Position numbers and translations under genes: made by a program | Source: an uncultured Planctomycetaceae bacterium | GTDB taxonomy: Bacteria; Planctomycetota; Planctomycetia; Pirellulales; PALSA-1355 | Length of the DNA: 64,000 nucleotides | Direction of reading: 5' to 3' | Assembly (NCBI GenBank): GCA_963785305.1 | Contig: CAWAUV010000007.1 | Span: 640,001-704,000 of the forward strand | In this document: positions 1 through 9,238 of the stretch, in pieces | How the letters are laid out: each line of letters opens with the position of its first letter | How positions within the stretch are numbered: the stretch's first letter is position 1 | Notes under the pieces: generated by a model | Told to the model about the DNA's origin: nothing | What the model saw: only the letters and a program-made list of their open reading frames with translations | Database searches by the model: none

Positions 1-774
1 CCGCTGGCCGAGCGGAACTTCGCGGTGTGTGGGCTGACGATCTTTTGCGCTTATGGAGTGCTCTACGGCGCGAGCACTTCGCTGCCCGGGCTCTTGCAAG
101 GCCTGTTTGGCTACGATGCTTACACATCGGGCTTGGTGATGTCGCCCTCGGGTTTCGGCTCGGTCACGATGCTCCTGGTCGTGGGCGTGCTGCTTGGCCG
201 CGGAGTCGACGCCCGATGGCTGATCCTGTCCGGGTTGCTGGTCGCGGCGGCGGGCAACTATTGGATGGCTTATCAGAACCTGGAAATCAGCCCGACGTTT
301 GTGATTTGGCCGCGGGTGGTGCTCATCATGGGACTGGGCATGATGTTCGCGCCGATCAATGTGGCCGCGTTTCTTTACACGCCCAAGCACTGGCGGGCCT
401 CGGCCGTGGGACTGCTGGCCCTGCTGCGCAACGAAGGCGGCAGCGTCGGCACATCGATGGCTCAAACCTTGCACGAGCGGCGCGATCAGTTTCACTCGCT
501 ACGCCTCGGCGAGTTTATCGATCCGTTGAACCCCGAGGCGCGAACCTATCTCGCGCAAAGTCAGGCGTATTTCTATCAGTTTACGGGCGATCAGGTTCGG
601 GCCGCGCGCATGGCCCTCGCGTCGCTGGGCGAGCTCCGCGAAGAGCAGGCATCGTCGCTTTCGTATTTCGACGTGTTTTGGGTGGGAGCGTGTGTCATGT
701 TGGCGCTCGCGCCGCTGGTGCTGATGATGAAGCGCTCGGTGGCGGAAAAAGGCGCTGATATCGGCGCCGAATGA
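1..774 (+). CDS. DHA2/EmrB-QacA family MFS efflux permease, 5' truncated by window edge
   Basis: Multiple TM helices; motifs LPGLLQGLFGYDAYTSGLVMSP, GVDARWL, NEGGSVG and C-terminal QASSLSYFDVFW typical of EmrB/DHA2. Confidence 0.88.
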   Translation, partial: PLAERNFAVCGLTIFCAYGVLYGASTSLPGLLQGLFGYDAYTSGLVMSPSGFGSVTMLLVVGVLLGRGVDARWLILSGLLVAAAGNYWMAYQNLEISPTFVIWPRVVLIMGLGMMFAPINVAAFLYTPKHWRASAVGLLALLRNEGGSVGTSMAQTLHERRDQFHSLRLGEFIDPLNPEARTYLAQSQAYFYQFTGDQVRAARMALASLGELREEQASSLSYFDVFWVGACVMLALAPLVLMMKRSVAEKGADIGAE

Positions 775-898
775 CGGGAAAGCACATTAACGACCGAAAA
801 AAAATTCGGCGGCGGCTCACGGGGTGTTCGTGAGCCGTCGCCGATCGGTTTGTGCTCGCCGCGATTTGCTCGGGCGAGCGCGCGAGAGGCCTTGCGCC

Positions 899-1333
899 TT
901 ATGACGTTTTCTCGCTCTTCTTGGCGCTGTCGCCCTCGGCAGGTTTTTGATCGCCGTCCATCGCCTTGCCTTTTCGCTTGGCTTTGCCTTCGGCTTCGAG
1001 CTTGGCAAGCTGCTCTTGCTGGGCCGGAGTGAGCACCGCGGCCACGGCGGCGTCGCGCTTGGCGCGGGCTTCCTTGAGCGCGGTCTCGAGCTTTTGGATT
1101 TCCGGCTCATGCTCGGCCTGGATCGCGTAGATCTTGGCCTTTTGTTCGGCATTCACCAGATCGGCATAGTGCGGCGGCAAGCGGCCATGGGGACCATCGC
1201 CCCGGCCTTTGCCCTTGGCGGCCTTGTCGGGCGCGGCCGTGGCGTTGTCGGCCGCAATCAACCGAGGAATCGCGGGCGCCGCGGCGAGCGCCGCCGCTGA
1301 TAGCACGAGTCCATAGAACAGACGCGTCTTCAT
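899..1333 (-). CDS. Secreted helical protein, Spy/CpxP (LTxxQ)-like, planctomycete type
   Basis: Start MKTRLFYGL after GGGAGA RBS; signal peptide; GRLPPHY...EQKAKIYAIQ...VLTPAQQEQL; Lys-rich tail. Confidence 0.65.
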   Translation of the reverse strand: MKTRLFYGLVLSAAALAAAPAIPRLIAADNATAAPDKAAKGKGRGDGPHGRLPPHYADLVNAEQKAKIYAIQAEHEPEIQKLETALKEARAKRDAAVAAVLTPAQQEQLAKLEAEGKAKRKGKAMDGDQKPAEGDSAKKSEKTS

Positions 1334-1663
1334 GGTGATCGTCTCCCTGATGCGAAAAAGAGTTTTGAAGTGGGCGCCCTGCTGCCCCCAGCAGAAGGGC
1401 ACGATGCTTGAAATCGTAACCCCGCTGAAATCGCCAAGAAAGCGCCGGCCGAATTTTTTTCGAAACCGGGCCAAAGGGCCGCTAGCAGCGCTCGCGGACC
1501 TTGCGAGGCCGCGGCTGGTTCGTTGACGGAAGAATTTTCAAAGTGGGTCGCTATTTTGCATCCTTCGCTGGAGCCGCCACCGCGGGAAGTCGTTCGTGGC
1601 AACTCATGGCTAGTCAATGGGTTGTAACAGAAAGGCGATGCCGATTCGGGCTTTCGCGTGTGA

Positions 1664-1680
1664 TTGGCACGGCGATTGCT
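1664..1680 (+). promoter_or_regulatory. sigma54 (-24/-12) promoter
   Basis: TTGGCACGGCGATTGCT matches YTGGCACG-N4-TTGCW exactly; intergenic, oriented toward ORF at 1805. Confidence 0.75.
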
Positions 1681-1804
1681 CCTCTTCTTGTGTCGTTCTC
1701 GGCCGCTTGCGAGTGGCGCCGACGGCGTGGCCGTCCAGCGGAGAACCAGGTGTGACCAGCGGCCATCGAACTCGAATCATCAAATCTCCCGCGGAGCTCT
1801 CCTC

Positions 1805-2113
1805 ATGTCCAACGCCTACCGAACTCACTACCTGCCCGCCGCCCAGCAATTGGTTCCCGGCGCCGATCCTTACATCCTTTCGCTGTTCGAGGGCGTTGGC
1901 CGCCCGACCGTCTCGCGGGCAACCACGAGCCGGCGCCTGGAGCGCCATGCGGAAGCGCTTAGCGCCTCGTTTGACCCGCGCCGGGCGGAAGCGTTTGTGA
2001 TCGCCCCGCCGCCGAGCGATGGGAGCCTCGCTCGCGAGGAACGCCGCCGCTCCCCGCTTTCGCCGACGAGCTCGCTGGCGACAGCGCCCCGCCACGCATG
2101 GACCCGCGGGTGA
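1805..2113 (+). CDS. Hypothetical 102-aa protein downstream of sigma54 promoter
   Basis: ATG at 1805 preceded by GGAG; MSNAYRTHYLPAAQQLVPGADPYILSLFEG; no recognisable domain. Confidence 0.45.
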   Translation: MSNAYRTHYLPAAQQLVPGADPYILSLFEGVGRPTVSRATTSRRLERHAEALSASFDPRRAEAFVIAPPPSDGSLAREERRRSPLSPTSSLATAPRHAWTRG

Positions 2114-2151
2114 TTGGCTTACGGGTGCGGAAGCATGCGAGTGTCGATGTC

Positions 2152-2895
2152 TTATTGCCCTTCCGTAACGTTCGCCCTGCAGCCCGTGGCAAGCTGAAAA
2201 CGGGTCTCGAGCGCGGTCGGATCCCAAGCCGCGCCGTCCGCGATGAGACGGTCGACGCACCAAGCGAAAAGGGTTCGGAGGAAACAGCAATTCGCGGGCC
2301 GATCCAGAACCGTATCCAAATCGAGCGAGGCTAGAACCCGTTCGCCATGCTCGATTTCATCGAAGGCATTCCATGCTCTCTTGAGTTGGTTCTTGGGGTG
2401 AGCGATGGATTCAACATCGCCATCGAAGCGACCCGGCAATATCGCGGTCTGGGCAACGCGATTCACGGCCTCCGGGTGGGCGAAGTAATAGGCTTCGAGC
2501 ATATTGACGAGGAAATGAACCGCCGCGCGATCTGAAAGGTTGACTCCTCCAAGCACCGCGTCAAGCCCCGCGCGGTAGCGGCTAAACACGTCGGCGACTT
2601 GATCGCGACTCGCTCTTTCGAGGTCATCGATCACAAGCACATATGCATGCTCATGTTTACGCAGAAACCCCAATGCCGGCAATCCAAATTGCTCTTCATC
2701 GATTGTCGGAATTCTTTGCCCGCGTCCTGTCATCTTGAGCTTTCGACGGGGCGAAGTAATCGGGCGAAGTTGTTCCGACTTGCGAATTACCTGAAATGTA
2801 CAATTCGCGGCTGCCGCCAAGGCGCGAAATAGCTGCGGCAGAAACTTTGCCTCGCCGCGGCCGGTCACAATGAGACCGAATCGCACAAATGTCAT
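2152..2895 (-). CDS. DUF4276 family (TOPRIM-like) protein
   Basis: GLIVTGRGE, VLVIDDLE, MLEAYYFAH and HPK motifs; start overlaps ATPase stop (ATGA). Confidence 0.7.
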   Translation of the reverse strand: MTFVRFGLIVTGRGEAKFLPQLFRALAAAANCTFQVIRKSEQLRPITSPRRKLKMTGRGQRIPTIDEEQFGLPALGFLRKHEHAYVLVIDDLERASRDQVADVFSRYRAGLDAVLGGVNLSDRAAVHFLVNMLEAYYFAHPEAVNRVAQTAILPGRFDGDVESIAHPKNQLKRAWNAFDEIEHGERVLASLDLDTVLDRPANCCFLRTLFAWCVDRLIADGAAWDPTALETRFQLATGCRANVTEGQ

Positions 2896-4101
2896 TGCGG
2901 CGATTCCTCTTCAACGCCCGCGGCCTCGACCCCATTTTGACTCCCGACCTGCTCGGCCATGTAGAGCGAACCCAAGGCGTATTGCTCGACCAAACCTCGA
3001 ATCGCATTCATCTCGGATGCCCGCTGCAAGACGGAAGAGCGTTCGCGCCCGCGGTCGACGACCACGACATCCTCCGCGTCGAATTGACTGATGAGAACGG
3101 GCGAATGCGTGGCGATGAATACTTGCCGTTCGCGCTCTCGCGGTCGCTCGAATCGCCGCTTCGGCGAAGACGGCGATTGCGTGCGGATGCAGCGAGGTCT
3201 CCGGTTCATCAAAGAGCAGCAGGCTCGAGCGATTCGCGGTATCGCCGAAAAGGCAAGTAAGCAGGCCAAGCATTTGCAAATGGCCATCGGAAACGCCAGA
3301 CGCTTGGATCGGTACCGCGTGACCGCGCACAACGAAGCTGCCTCCGACGCGATCCGCGCCGATTTGCTCGAATGTGAGATCTTTGAATGTGCCGGGAAAT
3401 GCTTTTCGCATGAAGTCGATGATCGTGTTGAACCTGTCGTCGAACGCGCGTTTGTCGTGCAGATTGCGGAGCGCCGACCAGAGATTTTGCCAGCGGTCCC
3501 AAGGATAGGTATGCACGCTCGCCTCGGAGCCGAAACGTCTTAATTGAAAAAGATTCACCGACCGACTGGCATAAAGATGCAAGGAGCGGAGCAGCAAATC
3601 AATGTCGGTCGCTTCGATTCCGACATCGGCGAACATCAGGTAGTTGTTGAGCGACAACCGCTCGGGTTCTCGCAATTTGATCGTAACTTCCTGGGCCAAT
3701 TGCTCGTGCCAAAAAATCGCCTGCATGCTCCCCACCAAGCGTTGAATAACATTGAATTGCCGGGACTTCGAGAAAAGCCGCTCGCCCACGAACGGCTCGA
3801 TGCGACCCGCGGAAAAGCCGAATGTAAGCTGGTAAAGCGCCGATTCGGTTTCGATTGTAATCCTGATCTGTTCATCGCCCGGTTCGGCATTGTCCGTGAG
3901 AGCGCCAATCCCATGATGGCGCATTGACGCGGACTCCTCGGTTCCAAGAATTGCGCAGTCGCGCACAAACCAGAGCGCGTCGAGGAACGTGGTTTTCCCA
4001 ACGCCATTGGGTCCAAACAATACATTCATTTCGCGCGGCTCGTAGTCGACGCGGCGCAAGCAGCGATAATTCTGAACGGATATTCGCGACAGGCGTGGCA
4101 T
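2892..4101 (-). CDS. ABC-type AAA_21/SMC-like ATPase (frameshift near 3141)
   Basis: ISVQNYRCL start, Walker A GPNGVGKT, signature SDGHLQML, Walker B LLLFDEPE; H-loop QVFIATHSP and C-terminal LGSLY lie in the adjacent frame. Confidence 0.85.
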
Positions 4102-4138
4102 GTTGGCGTGCTCCTTGATAATTGCTGATTCGAGCGGC

Positions 4139-5443
4139 TCACTCGCCCTCGAGCACCGCGACCGCTTTCTTCACCGCCGGGTCGAAGTGGGTCGCGTCTT
4201 CCGGTTCGGTGATCGCCTCCGCGGGCCGGGCGCCCGGCGGCCACACGATTTCTCGTGCTCTTCGGCGCTCGAACTCGCGAGCTTCGTCGTCCGCCGTCGT
4301 CGTGATTTCGCAGCCGGCGTCGGGTCGCACTCCCCAAGAGTCGTCGACTTTGCTCGTGGCGAAGCGATGGATGTTCTTTCCGCTTGGGCGCCAGTAGCTC
4401 GAGGTGGTGAGTCGCAGCCGACTTTGGCCGCCCTCGACCGGAATCACATGTTGCACGGTGCCTTTGCCCCAAGTGCGATCGCCGACCACGGTCGCCCGAT
4501 GGTTGTCCTGTAGCGCCGCGGCCACGATCTCGCTGGCGCTCGCGCTCTCGCCGTTGACGAGCACGACCAGCGGCGCGTCGAGCCACGGGGCGTCGCCCTC
4601 GGCGACGAAGCTTTCGCGAATCTTGCCGCCGCGATCGCGCGTGGTGACGATCGGCGCCCCGCGCGGAAGAAACATTTCGCAAATCTCCGGCGCCGCGCGG
4701 AGCAGGCCGCCGCGATTGTCGCGCAAGTCGAGAATCAGCCCACGGCAATTCTTGTCGCGCAGCGAGCGCAGCGCGGCGGCCACTTCCTCGACCGTGTGTT
4801 CGCCGAAGGTCGCGATTCTCAAATAACCGATCTCGCGATGATGCGCCAGCGAAAAATCCCAGGCATTGTCGACCCCGCGCGAGTCGCCGCGCACCGAGTC
4901 CACATGCACGATCGCCCGGTGCATCGTGACTCGGGTCGGTTCCGCCGCGCCGGGTCGCTGGTAGGTAAGCTCGACCGGCTTGCCCTCGACGCCTTGCAGC
5001 AGCTCGACCGCGGTCTTGAGCCGGTCTTTCGGAGCGATCGATTCCAGCGCGCGGCCATCGATCGCCACGATCACATCGCCTGCCCGCAGGCCGGCCCGAA
5101 AGGCGGGCGTGTCGAGCATGGGCGTGGCGACGACCAATTGCTTGGTTTCGGCGTCTTGGCGGACTTCGAGTCCGACGCCGCCGAACCGCTGGTCGAGCGA
5201 TTGGTGAAATCGCGCCCGTTCGTCGCGGCTGATGAAGCCCGAGTAGCTGTCAAGTCGCTCGACCATGGCTCGCACGCCGGCGTCGAACAGTTGTTTGTCG
5301 TTGACATGTTCGAGGTAATGTTCGTCGATCTCCTCGAAGGCTTCGGCCAAGTAGCCGGCGTAGGGATTGCGATCAGCCTTCCAATAGCAGGCGTAGCACA
5401 CGGCGACGCAAGAGACCAAAATCCACATGGAGCGCAGCGGCAT
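4139..5443 (-). CDS. ctpA: S41 family carboxyl-terminal processing protease (PDZ + S41)
   Basis: FGGVG, PDZ GLRAGDVI, DLRDNRGG, SASASEI catalytic Ser and TWGKGTVQ motifs. Confidence 0.92.
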   Translation of the reverse strand: MPLRSMWILVSCVAVCYACYWKADRNPYAGYLAEAFEEIDEHYLEHVNDKQLFDAGVRAMVERLDSYSGFISRDERARFHQSLDQRFGGVGLEVRQDAETKQLVVATPMLDTPAFRAGLRAGDVIVAIDGRALESIAPKDRLKTAVELLQGVEGKPVELTYQRPGAAEPTRVTMHRAIVHVDSVRGDSRGVDNAWDFSLAHHREIGYLRIATFGEHTVEEVAAALRSLRDKNCRGLILDLRDNRGGLLRAAPEICEMFLPRGAPIVTTRDRGGKIRESFVAEGDAPWLDAPLVVLVNGESASASEIVAAALQDNHRATVVGDRTWGKGTVQHVIPVEGGQSRLRLTTSSYWRPSGKNIHRFATSKVDDSWGVRPDAGCEITTTADDEAREFERRRAREIVWPPGARPAEAITEPEDATHFDPAVKKAVAVLEGE

Positions 5444-5577
5444 GGCGATGCATCGTCGAAAAATGTTTGCCGGCGGCGCGAATTCGGAATGGAAAAAAAT
5501 CTCCCGGGGCGCCGCTCTTTATCATGGTAGGTCGCCCCAGCCGCCGGGGCAACGCGGCGCGGCGATGCTCGCCAGCC

Positions 5578-6882
5578 TCATGCGCCGCTTCGAGAGCCCG
5601 CTTCCAGACTGGTCGCCAGCCGCAGCGCGACTCGGGCCGCCGCCTCGAACGCCTTGATATCGAGTCGCTCGCTGGTGGTATGCACATTCTCCTGGCCGCA
5701 GCCGAGCGTCACCGTGGGAATTCCGTGCAGCGTCATCCAATTGGCGTCGAGACCGCCGTTCGTGACGCCCAAATGCGGAGCGACGCCGATCGACTCGGTC
5801 GCCGCCCAGGCCGCGACCACCGCCGGTTCGTCGTCGGCCAGTTTGAACGATTCATAATCGAGCCGCCCTTCAATGGCGACCGACCCGCGCTTGCCGGTCG
5901 AGGAGCGAACCTGCCGGGCGGCCCGCTGAAACGCGCGTTCGATGGCCCGCACGATCCTCGCGCGAAATTTGGGATCGTGGCTACGGGCTTCGGCCCGGAG
6001 ATGCACATGCTCGGTCACCACATTCGTGGCGTCGCCGCCTTGGATAACGCCGATATTGCTCGTGCCGCGCTGTCGGCCGCGGCGAATGTCGCCATGCCAA
6101 CCGTCTTCCACCAGCGAGGCAATCGCGAGTCCGGCGATGGCAATGGCGCTCACTCCCTTTTCGGGAGCGTTGCCCGCGTGGCTGGCCAAGCCGGTGATCT
6201 CGATCTTAAGCCGATAGCCTCCCGTGGCGCCGATCGTGAGCTTGTCAGAGCGACCGCCATCCCAGTTAAACGCCAGTCGCGGCTTGCCCAGCCGGCTGAC
6301 GCGCACATGGCGAGCGCCATGCAGGCCGATCTCTTCTTGCACAGGCCAAAAGAAAGTGAGCGGCGGATGGGGCAGGCCGCGCTCGAGGATTTCAAGCGCC
6401 GCCGAGAGCACCACCGCCACGCCGGCCCGATCGTCGGCGCCGAGGCCGGTTTTGGGATCGGCCGACGCAATAAATTCGCCCTCGCGCCGGGGCTGCGAAC
6501 CGACGCAGATCGGCACCGTGTCCATGTGGGCCATTAAGAGCCGCCGGGGAGCGGTCGCCCAATGCTTCGCTCCGCCGGGCCCGGCCCCGGGCGATCCGGG
6601 AAGCTGGAAGATCAGATTACTTGTGTCGCCTTTAAGCAGGGTGCGCCGCGTGGCGTCGTCGACGACGATCGCCGCGGGATCGGCCCCGGAGGCAATCAGT
6701 TTTTGGCGAATATAATCGGCCACGCCGGCCTCGCTCCCGCTCGTGCCGGGAATCGCCATCAGTTCCATCGCCAAGGCGAGGGCCCGGCTCAGGTCGGGCT
6801 CCGGCGGCGATTCGTTGCCCAGGTTCGTCGGAGCGGGGGATGCCGCGCGTTTTGCGGCTGGCGGCTTGCGAGTGGTGGACAT
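5578..6882 (-). CDS. M20/M25/M40 metallopeptidase (peptidase T-like)
   Basis: AHMDTV, GADDRAG, QEEIGLHG, GLASHAG, GGLDAN and ENVHTTSE motifs; start MSTTRK chosen. Confidence 0.9.
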   Translation of the reverse strand: MSTTRKPPAAKRAASPAPTNLGNESPPEPDLSRALALAMELMAIPGTSGSEAGVADYIRQKLIASGADPAAIVVDDATRRTLLKGDTSNLIFQLPGSPGAGPGGAKHWATAPRRLLMAHMDTVPICVGSQPRREGEFIASADPKTGLGADDRAGVAVVLSAALEILERGLPHPPLTFFWPVQEEIGLHGARHVRVSRLGKPRLAFNWDGGRSDKLTIGATGGYRLKIEITGLASHAGNAPEKGVSAIAIAGLAIASLVEDGWHGDIRRGRQRGTSNIGVIQGGDATNVVTEHVHLRAEARSHDPKFRARIVRAIERAFQRAARQVRSSTGKRGSVAIEGRLDYESFKLADDEPAVVAAWAATESIGVAPHLGVTNGGLDANWMTLHGIPTVTLGCGQENVHTTSERLDIKAFEAAARVALRLATSLEAGSRSGA

Positions 6883-7302
6883 CGGGGCGATCGATCCTTG
6901 GAGGGAGATTGGGCCGCCGCGCCGGCGATCCTGGCCCGAGGCGCGACGGGGCGCTGTTCGGCGGGCCGATGGCGTTCGCCGGCCCCGTTCCTCCGCGGGC
7001 GACGGTCCGGCCGGTTCTAGCGGAAGCACAATATAACGAGTATGATATTCAACTTCATGGGGCGCCGGCCCAAGCCGCGGCCCCGTGAGGAAGTTTTTCG
7101 TGCTGAAGTTTTACGACTTTGCGCGCGACAACAAGCCGGCGATTGATTTGCGTCGGGCTGCCCCTCCGGCGCGGGGAATTTCGATGGAGCGAAAGCCCCC
7201 AAGCGGCCCCCCGCGGCAACTCGACCTCTCGTCCTTAAAACATCGTATCCCCCGACGTGGGGCTGACTGTTCCCCGGAAAAATTGGCGAAAGAACTCGAA
7301 AC

Positions 7303-7602
7303 ATGGGTCGCAAGGTATTGAATCGAAAAGAACTGCGAGCTGAAAACGACGCCGCGGAGGCCGCCGAGAAGGATGGCGGCGAGGTCGTAAAAAAGAAGGC
7401 CGCCAAGCGCAAAAGCCGCGCCAAGACCCCCAAGGAAGTGCGGTTGAAGGCGTTTTGGGGCGTGTTCAATCAGTCGATGAAGCGGGTAGCGCTCTTTGAG
7501 TACAGCCAACGAAAACTGGCCGAAAAGAAAGCCAACGAGCTCTCGACCTCGCAGAAGTCCCCGCACTTCATCCAGCCTGTCAAGGAAGCGATCGAAGAGT
7601 AG
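7303..7602 (+). CDS. Small basic hypothetical protein (planctomycete type)
   Basis: 99-aa Lys/Glu-rich ORF with coding-like codon use; RLKAFWGVFNQSMKRVALFEY...PHFIQPVKE. Confidence 0.7.
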   Translation: MGRKVLNRKELRAENDAAEAAEKDGGEVVKKKAAKRKSRAKTPKEVRLKAFWGVFNQSMKRVALFEYSQRKLAEKKANELSTSQKSPHFIQPVKEAIEE

Positions 7603-7894
7603 GCGCCGGCGCTCGATAAATTCCTCGAGATGGTCGCATTTTCGGAGTCGACCGAGCACAATGGATTTGCCCACGCGGCGACTCCTTGGGACCCGGAATT
7701 CAATCGCTTCCTGAAACTCGTCTTCGCTTGATGGACGATCGCTCGTTCGCATCGCCGACGCTTTAAGTTAAAAAACGGCGACGCGATCTTTTTCAATTAC
7801 AACCCGAAACGTAAGTGAGGGCAGGGAAGCTATTGAACTCCGACTCCTTGGCGGTTTCAAAAAATCCCTTCATTCTCATAGCGGCGCGGCGATT

Positions 7895-8884
7895 ATGACG
7901 AAAACGCTGGACGTGTACCGGGACTGGCTCGGCGTCCAAGAGACGGCTCGGCCCCTGAATTTTTATCAGCTCCTGCGGCTGAAGCGTTTCGAAGACGACA
8001 CGGCCAAGATTCGCGACCACTACCGCAAGCTGTGTGCCCAGGCCCGCAAGCATGCCTCGGGCGAGTTCGGCAAGCAGGCCGAAGCCCTGGTCGGCGAATT
8101 GGCCCGGGCCGTGATGTGCCTGACCGACTCGCGGCGCAAGCAGGACTACGATCGTTCGCTCGGCCGGGCCGTGGCCAGCGACGGCAAGCAACGCACGCTC
8201 GAGCAGATTCTGCTCGGCCAGGGCGCGATTACGGCCGAGCAGTTGGCCAAGGCCCAGCAGTTTGCCCGTGTCGTGGGAGTCGACCTTCACGATGCCCTGA
8301 TCCAGCAGAAGGCCGCTTCGCCCGACGTCGTGATCGCGGCCTATGCCGAGTCGATTGGCGTGCCGTTTCTGGACGTGGCTGACGTTCCGCTCGATGAAAC
8401 CTTGGCCCGGCAGATTCCAGCCGTCATGGCGCGGCAGTATTCGATCGTGCCGATTCTGCTCGACGAAAACCAGCTTCTCGTGGCCTCGCCGCATCCGCTC
8501 GATCCGGGCGTGGAAGAACAGTTGCGCATGCGCACCGGCAAGGCGGTTCGCACCGTGCTCTGCACGGCGCCAGGCGTGAACGCGCTGATCACGCGTCATT
8601 ATTCCAAGGAACTGGCGGCCGCGGAAATGCAGTCGGGCGCCGGCGCCGCGCCGGCCAAGGAGACCGCGGGCAAGCCAGCCGCCGCCAAGGCCGACAAGCC
8701 CAAGCTGACGCGCGAGGAAGCCGCGAAAAAGCGCCGCGATTACACGATTCTCGCGTTTAATCTCACCGTGATGGTTTTCGAAGTCACCTACGTCTCGCTT
8801 TTCGAATATACGTTCACCGGCGTGATGCTGGGTCCGGTGCTGGCCGCGATCGTGGCTGGCATCACCTGGATGAAGATGAAGTGA
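7895..8884 (+). CDS. J-domain-like + MshEN/T2SSE_N domain membrane protein (no ATPase domain)
   Basis: N-term NFYQLL...CLTDSRRKQDYD without HPD; RTLEQILLGQGAITAEQL MshEN-like repeat; ARQYSIVP GspE-N fold; two C-terminal TM helices. Confidence 0.72.
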   Translation: MTKTLDVYRDWLGVQETARPLNFYQLLRLKRFEDDTAKIRDHYRKLCAQARKHASGEFGKQAEALVGELARAVMCLTDSRRKQDYDRSLGRAVASDGKQRTLEQILLGQGAITAEQLAKAQQFARVVGVDLHDALIQQKAASPDVVIAAYAESIGVPFLDVADVPLDETLARQIPAVMARQYSIVPILLDENQLLVASPHPLDPGVEEQLRMRTGKAVRTVLCTAPGVNALITRHYSKELAAAEMQSGAGAAPAKETAGKPAAAKADKPKLTREEAAKKRRDYTILAFNLTVMVFEVTYVSLFEYTFTGVMLGPVLAAIVAGITWMKMK

Positions 8885-9010
8885 CGCATACTACCGCGAC
8901 GGCGATCAAATGATCGTCCGGCGGTCCACCGCCCTTTCCGACCACTGGTCAAGGGGCTTCTTTCTGGGTTAGAATGCCCGAAATCGTGGCGCCGCGGGAG
9001 CGGAAATGCA

Positions 9011-9126
9011 CGACGAGCTGGCCGCGACGAGCTGGCCGCGACGAGCTGGCCGCGACGAGCTGGCCGCGACGAGCTGGCCGCGACGAGCTGGCCGCGACGA
9101 GCTGGCCGCGACGAGCTGGCCGCGAC
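9011..9126. repeat. Perfect tandem repeat, 14-bp unit CGACGAGCTGGCCG x8 + 4 nt
   Basis: Counted directly: units start at 9011, 9025, 9039, 9053, 9067, 9081, 9095 and 9109. Confidence 0.97.
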
Positions 9127-9179
9127 CAGGCGCCGCGCGGCCGGACCGGGATATTCGTGGACCGGAATCCAAACGGGCT

Positions 9180-9213
9180 GGCATTCAACCGAACCGGGCA
9201 TTCAACCGAACCG
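9180..9213. repeat. 17-bp direct repeat GGCATTCAACCGAACCG x2 just upstream of fba RBS
   Basis: Copies at 9180-9196 and 9197-9213; AGGAG RBS follows. Confidence 0.9.
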
Positions 9214-9238
9214 GCATAAAAGAGGAGACCATCGAGCA

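Noticed and set aside
9011..9126. Possible CRISPR array
   Set aside because: 14-bp units are contiguous with no spacers, and there are no cas genes
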